Below, piece after piece: positions 1 through 8,364 of a stretch of 42,398 nt of DNA. The notes under the pieces were generated by a model that saw only the letters and a program-made list of their open reading frames with translations, ran no database searches and was not told where the DNA came from. Numbering within the stretch: the first letter of the stretch is position 1; each line of letters begins with the position of its first letter. Source of the stretch: Candidatus Latescibacterota bacterium (lineage in GTDB: Bacteria; Latescibacterota; UBA2968; GCA-2709665); the NCBI GenBank assembly GCA_963662665.2, contig CAXXJS010000066.1, positions 1 through 42,398 of the forward strand. Reading direction: 5' to 3'. The position numbers were made by a program, and so were the translations under genes.

Positions 1-553
1 GGACTGCCAGCGAGTCTCCCGTTTTGTCCGGCAGACGCACGGCGCGTACGCCGCCTGTACCCGTACCCGAATCGGCCAACACATGATACGTCATCGCCGG
101 CGCACTCAGTGAAATCCGCTGCTCGCCGTAATTCAGCGTCACCCCGCCCTCGGCGTCCAGCCGGTTCTCCTTTTTTCGGTACGCCACCCGGCGGGCAGTC
201 ATGAGGCGGTCTTCTTCCATAACCCGCACGGCGCCAACAAAGGTAGACACGTCGGTGCGTGGCAGGTAGGTCATGGTGGCGGCATCCAGTTGTCTTGCTG
301 AATCCTGGTACGCAACTCGACCGAAAAATCTCGCAATAGACACAGCCCCGGCGGGAATCCACAGACGAGCGGAATCCGCACTCACGCTGAGTCGACGTTC
401 GGGGTGTTGGTAGGAAACCCCGCCGACTTCTATCCGCAGAACGCCCGAATCCTGTAGTGTGGTTTCGCTACGGTCCGCACGAATCAATTCGGTTGCGTCA
501 ACAGGAAAGGCCGTCGCCAGAAAAAAAGGCAATAAAAACAGGAGAAAACGCAT
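1..553 (-). CDS. lptA: LptA/OstA-like beta-jellyroll LPS transport periplasmic protein (runs off the left edge)
   Basis: Not in the ORF track; translated by hand from ATG at 553: MRFLLFLLPFFLATAFPVDA (signal peptide) then repeated OstA-like strands (VSADSARL, FFGRVAYQD, FVGAVRVME, LDAEGGVTL). Open to the window edge and directly downstream of lptC. Confidence 0.7.
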   Translation of the reverse strand, partial: MRFLLFLLPFFLATAFPVDATELIRADRSETTLQDSGVLRIEVGGVSYQHPERRLSVSADSARLWIPAGAVSIARFFGRVAYQDSARQLDAATMTYLPRTDVSTFVGAVRVMEEDRLMTARRVAYRKKENRLDAEGGVTLNYGEQRISLSAPAMTYHVLADSGTGTGGVRAVRLPDKTGDSLAV

Positions 554-594
554 AAAATGGGAAGGAAAGAGGACGTTTGCAGAAAAACAGGGTA

Positions 595-1152
595 TTATCG
601 GAGAGAATCCGCCCCGCCCAGACGCGTCGAAACCTGGCGCATCTTCCACCATTTCAAATCGGAAGAAGCCTCGAAGCCGACCCCGGTCTCCTCCCCATCG
701 GGTCGGCGGAGGGTCATCCGCCCGTTTCCAGTTATCATATCTGTCTCACGGTTCCAACGCAACGTGTCGGTTACCAAACAGGTACCGTTATTGGCGTTCA
801 GTACAACTTCGCCAATAACCACCATATCTCCGGATTGTTCGTCGATCTCCGCCTGAACAGCGGTCAATTTCGACACTCGATTCATCCCGGACCCATCGTA
901 GAAAGTAACGGCTACGCCGCTGTCGAGAAGGGCCGTTAGCGATTGATCGTACTTCCGGAAATGTCCGGCCGCGACCTCCGCGCGTTTCCGGCCGTTTCGG
1001 GTTACCACCGTGTTCCATCCCCATGCCTCCTGATCCGGAGGTTGGGAGACCGCATGTGAAGATGAAGGTTCGGATGACGGCGCGCAGGCCGCCAACAATG
1101 GAAGGAACAGGAGGACCCCGCAGGAAACACGGGATGTCCACGCCAGTGTCAT
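595..1152 (-). CDS. lptC: LPS export ABC transporter periplasmic protein LptC
   Basis: N-terminal hydrophobic anchor with lipobox-like LLAAC. LptC-like motifs GVAVTFYD, LVTDTLRWN, GVGFEASSDL. Start overlaps the pyrG stop (ATGA). Confidence 0.8.
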   Translation of the reverse strand: MTLAWTSRVSCGVLLFLPLLAACAPSSEPSSSHAVSQPPDQEAWGWNTVVTRNGRKRAEVAAGHFRKYDQSLTALLDSGVAVTFYDGSGMNRVSKLTAVQAEIDEQSGDMVVIGEVVLNANNGTCLVTDTLRWNRETDMITGNGRMTLRRPDGEETGVGFEASSDLKWWKMRQVSTRLGGADSLR

Positions 1153-2936
1153 GTTTCAATCTCGATCTGCACGGATTCCTCGCGACCGGTTCCCGATTGG
1201 CGAATTGACGCATTGATGAGCCCATAAAACAACGGCGCGGGATGCTCCAGCCGGGACTTGAACTCGGGATGCGCCTGGGTTGCAATAAAAAACGGATGAT
1301 TCGGCAGTTCCAGGAATTCCATCAGTTTTGTGCCATCCTCTCTTCGGTGGAATCCTGAAAAGAACAGACCGTACTCCTCGAGCAGATCCACGTATTTCGG
1401 TGCAACTTCATACCGGTGCCGATGTCGTTCCACCACCGCATTCTCACTCGGCAGGATCACGCCGCACCTGAACATCTGATCGGGGCGCTGCCGCAGCTCC
1501 TTTATTCTCCAGGAATCCTCCTCCAGCCGTCCTGTTTGCTCGTAGAGATCCAACACCCGGGACTCCCGTCGTAATACGGCCGCGTACCCTCCCAACCTCA
1601 TGGTGCCGCCATATCGGTTTTCTTCGATAATTTGCCGTTGCGCATATTGAATGTCGATTACCGCGTGAGGCGTATCAGGATCCATCTCGACGGAATTTGA
1701 ATCGTTCAATCCGGCCACGTGACGAGAATATTCGACCACGGCCATCTGCAGTCCATAGCACAGACCCAGGAAAGGCACCTGGTTTTCTCTGGCGTACCGG
1801 ACGGCATTGATGGCACCCTCTGCGCCACCCTCGCCAAACGCACCAGGTACAATAATGCCGTGATAGCCACCGAGTACCTCACCGACCTGATGGTGCTCCA
1901 GGCGGTTGGTGTCGATCCAGTCGATCTCCACCTTCGTATCCAGGAGGGCGCCCGCGTGCTCCAGTGATTGATTGACTGAGATATAGGAGTCCTGAAATTC
2001 ATAATCCCCTATTCCAACGTATTTGCCTACCATAGCAACACGCACCCGATCTTTGGGTACGCGAATCATTTCCAGGAGTTCACACCAGCGCTCCCAGTCG
2101 GGCGTTTTCTTCGGAGCCAGGCCGAACTCATCGAGGATCTTCTCCCCCAACCGGTCCTTTTCGTATTCCAGCGGCACCTGATAGATATTGTCGACGTCGG
2201 GTGCTGAGATAATCCGGTCCGTAGAGATATTTGCCGAAATTTCGATTTTTCGCTTCCTCACCTCATCCAGCGCTTCCACGGCTCGGCAAATGATGAAATC
2301 CGCGAATATTCCGTTCTCGCTCAACGACCGGATCGCGTGCTGAGTGGGTTTGGTTTTCATCTCGCCGACATGGCCGGGCACCGGAAGATAGGTGACCAAT
2401 ACGTAAATGACGTTGTCCTCTCCCACCTCCCGTTCCAGGCTCTTCATTGCAAACAAAAAGGGCCGATTTTCGTCGTCGCCGATTGTGCCGCCAATTTCCA
2501 CAAGCGCAATGTCGAACCCATTCGCCGCGTCCGTTATGCGCTGCTTGATTTCATCGGTAATGTGGGGAATTGGCTGAACGGTCTTGCCCAGGTATTCCCC
2601 ACGGCGTTCACGCTCGATCACGGTATGGTAAATCTGGCCCGTGGTCAGGTTGTTCGTGCGAGGAAGGTCGATACCCAGGAATCTCTCGTAGTTCCCGAGG
2701 TCCAGATCGATTTCGCCGCCGTCGTCCGTTACCCAGACCTCGCCGTGCTCCGTGGGACGCAGGGTTCCGGCGTCGTAATTGAGATAGGGATCGATCTTGA
2801 TTGCCGTTGCCTTGTATCCGTGCTGTTGTAGAATCTTGCCGATCGACGCCGTAGCAAGCCCTTTGCCCACTCCGCTTATAACACCCCCTGCGACGACAAT
2901 GTATTTGGGACCGTTGTAATCGCTCCGCTTTACCAT
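1149..2936 (-). CDS. pyrG: CTP synthase (divergent sequence type)
   Basis: KYIVVAGGVISGVGKG P-loop, KIDPYLN, HGEV, DLDLGNYERF, KTKPTQH; GATase triad LCYG/HPEF and ERHRHRYE. Start placed at ATG 2936 behind GGAGGAG. Confidence 0.96.
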   Translation of the reverse strand: MVKRSDYNGPKYIVVAGGVISGVGKGLATASIGKILQQHGYKATAIKIDPYLNYDAGTLRPTEHGEVWVTDDGGEIDLDLGNYERFLGIDLPRTNNLTTGQIYHTVIERERRGEYLGKTVQPIPHITDEIKQRITDAANGFDIALVEIGGTIGDDENRPFLFAMKSLEREVGEDNVIYVLVTYLPVPGHVGEMKTKPTQHAIRSLSENGIFADFIICRAVEALDEVRKRKIEISANISTDRIISAPDVDNIYQVPLEYEKDRLGEKILDEFGLAPKKTPDWERWCELLEMIRVPKDRVRVAMVGKYVGIGDYEFQDSYISVNQSLEHAGALLDTKVEIDWIDTNRLEHHQVGEVLGGYHGIIVPGAFGEGGAEGAINAVRYARENQVPFLGLCYGLQMAVVEYSRHVAGLNDSNSVEMDPDTPHAVIDIQYAQRQIIEENRYGGTMRLGGYAAVLRRESRVLDLYEQTGRLEEDSWRIKELRQRPDQMFRCGVILPSENAVVERHRHRYEVAPKYVDLLEEYGLFFSGFHRREDGTKLMEFLELPNHPFFIATQAHPEFKSRLEHPAPLFYGLINASIRQSGTGREESVQIEIET

Positions 2937-2954
2937 CCACTCCTCCACGGGCAC

Positions 2955-2988
2955 AAAAAAAAGAACGGCGGAGTTGACAAAACCGCCG
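2955..2988 (-). terminator. Intrinsic terminator between gatC and pyrG
   Basis: Minus strand reads CGGCGG-TTTTGTCAACT-CCGCCG-TTC-TTTTTTTT: a 6-bp all-GC stem followed by a long U tract. Confidence 0.7.
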
Positions 2989-2995
2989 CCGGGAT

Positions 2996-3283
2996 CTATT
3001 CGATAACTTTGGGAACCCTGAAATGGCCGTTGCCTGAACTCGGCGCATTCGACAACGCCTCGGTCTGGGAGAGGGACGGAACGGGCGTATCCTCCCGGAA
3101 CACGTTACGGACAGGAACGATGTGGGAAGTGGGCGCGACGTCGGTTGTGTTCAGATTTTCCAGCGCGGCGGCATAATTCAGCATCTGATTCAGGTCGACA
3201 ACCAGGCGATCCTCCTCTTCCCTGTCGAACCTGAGCCGGGCAAGCTGTGCAACCTTTCGTACGTCTTCCAGCGTAACCGACAT
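2996..3283 (-). CDS. gatC: Asp-tRNA(Asn)/Glu-tRNA(Gln) amidotransferase subunit C
   Basis: MSVTLEDVRKVAQLARL...NVFRED...ALSNAP...FRVPKVIE is the classic GatC pattern; ATG at 3283. Confidence 0.95.
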   Translation of the reverse strand: MSVTLEDVRKVAQLARLRFDREEEDRLVVDLNQMLNYAAALENLNTTDVAPTSHIVPVRNVFREDTPVPSLSQTEALSNAPSSGNGHFRVPKVIE

Positions 3284-3415
3284 AAAACAACCCACTAAAA
3301 TTGATTGCGCATTTTTCAGGTCTCCAATGCGATTGTAATATGTGTCAAATCAGACTCGAAATCAAGAGGATTCTGGCGGTAAGGACCAAGAGCCGGCGCG
3401 GCCGGTGACTTACCG

Positions 3416-5602
3416 TCATCCGGGTCGAAGATCGGCGAACCTGACGACCACTTTCTTAGTTGATCCGCTCTGAAAGCGGACCGTGAGTTTGGTATCCGGC
3501 CCGCTTCCGGCGCGATCGACAATGCGTCCGCGACCCCAGGTAGGATGGAGAATGGCCGTTCCCATTTTCATTGGGAAGGGGTCGGGATCTGACGGTGAAT
3601 CGATCTGTGCACGTTGGTGAACAGCCGGTGTTTCAGTCTGAGGTGACTGGGGAACGTCCGCTTGAATAGCTTTCCCTCGAACAATCAGATCGCCCGGAAT
3701 TTCGCGCAGGAATCTGGATTCGGAACTGACCGTCGCACCTCCGTACCGCCGACGCTGCGCGGCATGTGTCAGTACAAGCAGGTCCTGCGCCCTTGTCACG
3801 CCCACGTAGAACAACCGCCGCTCCTCCTCTACGGCCGCCTCTTCAGCATGAGGATCGTCGTACTCCCTCAAAATAGGGAACAATCCTTCTTCCAGACCCG
3901 TGATAAATACCACGGGAAACTCGAGTCCCTTCGCGCTATGCAAGGTCATCAACGTTGCCGCATCGGTCTCCTCGTGCCATTGGTCCACGTCGGTAACCAA
4001 TGCGACTTCACGCAAAAATGCCGCCATCGACGATGTGTCGGAGCGGTTTACGAAGTCCTCAATCGCCACCAGAAGTTCCTGCACATTCTCAGAACGGGAA
4101 AGGTTCTCCGCGGGCGTCAAATCGTCCAGTGTCTGCAAATATCCGGTTTCCTGTACGACGCGGGCCGCCAGCAGGTGCGCCGGCTCATCCTCCAATCCCC
4201 TCCGGAATCCTTCAATCATCCCGTGAAATCTTCCCATCGCTGCTCTTGCGCGGGCGGTAAGGCCGTGAACGTCGACGGCCCGCGAAAGTGCATCGTACGG
4301 CGTGATACCCTCACCCGCCGCAAAGGCTTCCAATTTCCCGAGAGAGGTCTGGCCAATGCCGCGGCGCGGTGTATTGACAACACGGTACAGGCTGATCGAA
4401 TCGCTCGGATTCACGATCAGCCTGAGATACGCAAGTACATCCTTGACTTCCCTGCGTTCATAAAACCGAACGCCCCCCACAATCACGTACGGAATCGCCT
4501 GGTAACGCAGTCCGTCCTCCAGCGCACGCGATTGAGCGTTCGTGCGGTACAGCAGAGCGATCTGTCCATAGGTATACTTTGACCTGAGACGTTTCAGTTC
4601 CCGAGCGATCCGCTGGGCTTCGTCTCTTTCATCCGCGAACCGGGAGAGCTGAATCCGTTCCCCGCGATCACGATCCGTCCAGAGTTCCTTCCCCTTGCGG
4701 CCGAGGTTGTTGCGAATTACCGCGTTTCCCGCATCGAGAATGACCTGTGACGACCGGTAGTTCTGTTCGAGGCGGATGACGTGGGCATTTGGAAAATCTC
4801 TCTCGAAATTCAGGATGTTTCCCAGATCGGCGCCGCGCCAGGCATAGATGCTCTGGTCGTCGTCTCCGACCACGAAAATGCGGCTATGTTTTCCTGCCAG
4901 GTAACGCGCGAAGAGATACTGCGGCCGATTGGTATCTTGGTACTCGTCGATCAGACAATGCTCGAACCGGGTCTGGTACCGCTCCAGGATCGACGCGTCG
5001 TCTCTGAAGACCTGCACCGTTAGCATGAGAAGATCGTCGAAATCCACGGCATTGTTCTGTTGTAGAGCCGACTGGTACTGCCGGTAAATCCGGGCGACCT
5101 GCTGTTCATAATAAGTACCGGCGCGTTGCGCAAAAGCGACCGGATCAACCATGCGACTCTTTTCGGAACTGATGCGCGCCCGCACTTGCCGGGGAGGAAA
5201 CTGCCGCTCCGAAATCTCCTGATCTCGAATGACCTGCCGCAACAACGCAACCTGATCGTCAGAATCGTATATGGAGAAATTGGAGTCAAGGCCGGCCGCC
5301 CCTGACTCCCTCCTCAGAATTCGTGCGCACAGGGAGTGGAACGTCCCCAGCCACATACCCCTGGTGGTGCGGTTCAACAGATTCTCAACGCGGCCGTTCA
5401 TCTCGCCCGCTGCCTTGTTGGTGAACGTCATGGCCACAATTGCGCCCGGATGGACGCCACAAACGTCAATCAGGTACGCGAGACGGCGGGTCAGCACCCG
5501 TGTCTTGCCGGATCCGGCCCCCGCCAGTACGAGAACCGGGCGATCCACGACGCACACTGCCTCTTTCTGCTGTTCGTTCAACCCCGCCAGTATGGCCTGC
5601 AT
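3416..5602 (-). CDS. pcrA: ATP-dependent DNA helicase PcrA/UvrD
   Basis: AGAGSGKT, TFTNKAA, DEYQDTN, VGDDDQSIY, LEQNYRS, YRTNAQSR, TLHSAKGLEF, EERRLFYVGVTRA; C-terminal Tudor-like HPTWGRG domain. Confidence 0.95.
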   Translation of the reverse strand: MQAILAGLNEQQKEAVCVVDRPVLVLAGAGSGKTRVLTRRLAYLIDVCGVHPGAIVAMTFTNKAAGEMNGRVENLLNRTTRGMWLGTFHSLCARILRRESGAAGLDSNFSIYDSDDQVALLRQVIRDQEISERQFPPRQVRARISSEKSRMVDPVAFAQRAGTYYEQQVARIYRQYQSALQQNNAVDFDDLLMLTVQVFRDDASILERYQTRFEHCLIDEYQDTNRPQYLFARYLAGKHSRIFVVGDDDQSIYAWRGADLGNILNFERDFPNAHVIRLEQNYRSSQVILDAGNAVIRNNLGRKGKELWTDRDRGERIQLSRFADERDEAQRIARELKRLRSKYTYGQIALLYRTNAQSRALEDGLRYQAIPYVIVGGVRFYERREVKDVLAYLRLIVNPSDSISLYRVVNTPRRGIGQTSLGKLEAFAAGEGITPYDALSRAVDVHGLTARARAAMGRFHGMIEGFRRGLEDEPAHLLAARVVQETGYLQTLDDLTPAENLSRSENVQELLVAIEDFVNRSDTSSMAAFLREVALVTDVDQWHEETDAATLMTLHSAKGLEFPVVFITGLEEGLFPILREYDDPHAEEAAVEEERRLFYVGVTRAQDLLVLTHAAQRRRYGGATVSSESRFLREIPGDLIVRGKAIQADVPQSPQTETPAVHQRAQIDSPSDPDPFPMKMGTAILHPTWGRGRIVDRAGSGPDTKLTVRFQSGSTKKVVVRFADLRPG

Positions 5603-5616
5603 TCCCTCGATATCCT

Positions 5617-6714
5617 TTATTCAGGGCGTTCGGGCGTTTTCCAGCTGCGTCTTCTGGCCCACTTTGTCTTCCGCTTCGCATCGTTATGTTCACGGGAAGT
5701 TCTGCTGAATACGTGAGATCCGTCTCCCCGGGCAACGAAAAAGAGGTAGTCCGCATCCGCGGGGTACAGGGCGGCCATCAGCGACGCGGCCCCGGGATTC
5801 ATCACAGGACCGGGCGGCAACCCGCGATGGCGATAGGTATTGTAAGGTGAGTCGATTTCGTAATCCCTGTTAAACAGCCTGCGGGGACCTCCCTCGATGG
5901 CATACTGAACCGTCGGATCGGCCTGAAGATACATTCCTCGTTTGAGCCGGTTGTGATACACTGCGGAGATCGTCGCCCGTTCTTCATCCAAGAGTGCTTC
6001 GCCTTCGATAATTGAGGCAAGCGTGACGACCTGATGTACGGACATTTCCATCTGACGCGCTCGCGCCGCCATTTTCTCGTCAAAAATCCTGAAAAACTGC
6101 CGAACCAGCATCCGGATGACCTGCTCTTCGCCCATCGTCAATGAAAAACGGTAGGTTTCGGGAAAGAGGTAGCCCTCGAGGTTGTCGGCGGTTACACCCC
6201 ATCGGCGGCAATATCCGGCATCGGACGCGAGACGCCGCATCTTCATCTCGTCCAGATCCAGGTCGGCCGCCAGCCGCCGGAGCGTCTGCCCCGCGGTCAT
6301 GCCTTCCGGGAGAGTCACAACCCGGTAGCTGTCTCTGGATACGGACAGTTCTTTAAGGACGTCCCAGGTGCTCATACCCTCCGTGAACCGGTGCGGCCCG
6401 GCCTTGAGGATCCTGCTGGTGCCGTCTAATATAGAAAACAGGACGAGAAGCCGTGGACTTCGAATCACCTCTTCCTTATGCAACAATCTTCCGATCTGTA
6501 CAACCGCCATACCTTTCTGAATGACGATTTCTCTTGGCCCTGACCCTGTAGGCCGGTTCAATGCAAGGACAACCAGCACCAGAACCAAGGCACCAACACA
6601 GATAAGCGTGAATATTGAGCGAACGATCACCGACCCGTGGACGTGAGATCTCCATAGCCGGCGGTCGTCCGGACCGGTCGGCGCCAGGCCGCGTTTCTCC
6701 CGGGTTCGCATCAC
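5617..6714 (-). CDS. mltG: Endolytic peptidoglycan transglycosylase MltG
   Basis: N-terminal TM helix; LEGYLFPETY, LASIIEGE, LQADPTVQY, SPYNTY, GLPPGP, YLFFVA. Confidence 0.95.
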   Translation of the reverse strand: MMRTREKRGLAPTGPDDRRLWRSHVHGSVIVRSIFTLICVGALVLVLVVLALNRPTGSGPREIVIQKGMAVVQIGRLLHKEEVIRSPRLLVLFSILDGTSRILKAGPHRFTEGMSTWDVLKELSVSRDSYRVVTLPEGMTAGQTLRRLAADLDLDEMKMRRLASDAGYCRRWGVTADNLEGYLFPETYRFSLTMGEEQVIRMLVRQFFRIFDEKMAARARQMEMSVHQVVTLASIIEGEALLDEERATISAVYHNRLKRGMYLQADPTVQYAIEGGPRRLFNRDYEIDSPYNTYRHRGLPPGPVMNPGAASLMAALYPADADYLFFVARGDGSHVFSRTSREHNDAKRKTKWARRRSWKTPERPE

Positions 6715-7133
6715 GGTTCCGCCGAATCCTTCGCCTGCAGATAGTTATTCAAAAGTAATACCGCCGCCATCCGATCCACGGGGCCCTTTGTCTTCCGGTC
6801 CCTGGCCCCGATTTCCCGGATCGCACGTCGTGCGGCAACAGTGGTCAGCCGTTCATCCCACAGACGAACAGGCAGCCCCGTTGTTCGATTCAACGCCGCG
6901 GCGAATTCCTCTGCCGCTTCAGCCATCGGCCCACGGCTGCCATCCATATTGAGCGGCAGACCGACGAGTAGTGCGGACGCCCCGACGTTTGCGGCAACCT
7001 GGGTCACGGAATCTAGCGCCGAGTCCCGTGAGTTCGCCTGAACCGTGGGTAACCCCCGTGCGGCAAAACCCAGTTCGTCGGAAACAGCCAAACCCACCCG
7101 GCGCCGGCCAAAGTCAACCGCAAGAATTCGCAT
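6711..7133 (-). CDS. ruvX: YqgF/RuvX family pre-16S rRNA nuclease
   Basis: ILAVDFGRRRVGLAVSD, VGLPLNMDG, WDERLTT, DRMAAVLLL; usual ruvX-mltG adjacency. Confidence 0.95.
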   Translation of the reverse strand: MRILAVDFGRRRVGLAVSDELGFAARGLPTVQANSRDSALDSVTQVAANVGASALLVGLPLNMDGSRGPMAEAAEEFAAALNRTTGLPVRLWDERLTTVAARRAIREIGARDRKTKGPVDRMAAVLLLNNYLQAKDSAEP

Positions 7134-7231
7134 CTCGGTCCACAGGAATCAAAAAAGGCGAAATATGCGGCACAACTCCGTTTAACGTATCGGAGCTTGC
7201 CCGACATATTCCGCTCTATAGGCCCCTACTT

Positions 7232-7414
7232 TCAGCCATCCTGCCTGTACAGGTCCTTGAGTCGATGCCTTTTGTTCATCACCTCTCGATGCACGTGAAC
7301 CAGGCGTTCTTTGGCCTCCTGGTTTCCGGATCGCGCATGTACAAGCATCGCCTCAACCAATTCTTCCAGTTCGTGTATGTGTACCTGCAACGCCTGTCGG
7401 TTTTCCTGCATCAT
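7232..7414 (-). CDS. Small helical hypothetical protein (60 aa)
   Basis: MMQENRQALQVHIHELEELVEAML...HREVMNKRHRLKDLY has a two-helix, coiled-coil-like pattern. ATG 7414 overlaps the upstream TGA (ATGA). Confidence 0.6.
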   Translation of the reverse strand: MMQENRQALQVHIHELEELVEAMLVHARSGNQEAKERLVHVHREVMNKRHRLKDLYRQDG

Positions 7415-7755
7415 CGTTTCGGCTTCTGTCCGTTCCCGCCCGTCATCCGGGGCCGGTCGGGAGGTGCGTAGAGTGACTGTATGTTGGTGGGTTCCTGTTC
7501 CTCGCGTGCCCACAGGTTCCTGGCAAAGGACGACATTCTCGCACGCAACGTTCGCTTTCTATCTTTCAGGCACAGCCTCCGAATCGCCTTTCGTGAGGTG
7601 CGTTCAGGCACTTCGCGTATAAAATCCGCAGCGCTCATGCCCTTTTGGTGGGCGTGTTCCATTAAATTTGCAAAGGCTTCGGCATCAACCGGATCTGCGA
7701 GATCCGCCAATATCCGATCGTCTTCGAGATATTGTTCATGTTCAGTGGACATCAT
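7411..7755 (-). CDS. Hypothetical protein (114 aa)
   Basis: GGGAG RBS before the ATG, protein-like composition with acidic N-half and basic C-half, downstream of a near-consensus promoter. Confidence 0.65.
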   Translation of the reverse strand: MMSTEHEQYLEDDRILADLADPVDAEAFANLMEHAHQKGMSAADFIREVPERTSRKAIRRLCLKDRKRTLRARMSSFARNLWAREEQEPTNIQSLYAPPDRPRMTGGNGQKPKR

Positions 7756-7891
7756 ACTTCTCCCGACTTCACATAACGTCCGGGGGAAACGCGCACAAGG
7801 CGATCGGAACGTGAGCCGAACCGCTCTTTACCCGGACACCGATCCGGAAGCAGGGGCCGCCAGGTGCGGTGAATGGCTACAATCCCCTCAA

Positions 7892-7920
7892 ATAGTATGA
7901 TATTCCAGATCTGATGTCAA
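7892..7920 (-). promoter_or_regulatory. Sigma70 promoter
   Basis: Minus strand TTGACA-N17-TACTAT. Confidence 0.75.
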
Positions 7921-8364
7921 CCCCAATCAGTCCGTTGAAAAGCCGCTCTGCAGGCGACCCCGAACGGAATGCGTCTGCGACCGGACGACATCCACTGCAA
8001 TCCGCTCCTCAATTTCCCTCAATTCACGCGGATACCGGGTCCGCTGTACGGTTGGCGGCCCTGCCAATTCCGGTGCGAAACCTGGTCCGCCCGGATTCCC
8101 GCCCGGGCGCCGTTTCAGGAATTCGCTGGAGAGACTAACCTTGATTCGTCATTTTTCCGGGACGTCGATTCGAATACAGGCAAGTGGATAAAGGCGATCT
8201 GAAGTCGGATTTCCAGGACACTTCAGGTCGCTGGACGTGAACGGAAAAATGTCCTTTCGGACGACCCTTTCGGCCCGTATCGGAAGGTTTCGTTACGGCG
8301 CCACATTGTTGTTTTTATCGAAGTAACGCTAAATGAGAACGTCCACGGAATTGCGAAAAATCCG

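Noticed and set aside
2974-3002. Plus-strand TTGACA in the terminator loop as an antisense promoter into gatC
   Set aside because: The hexamer 17 nt downstream (TATTCG) is a poor -10 match.
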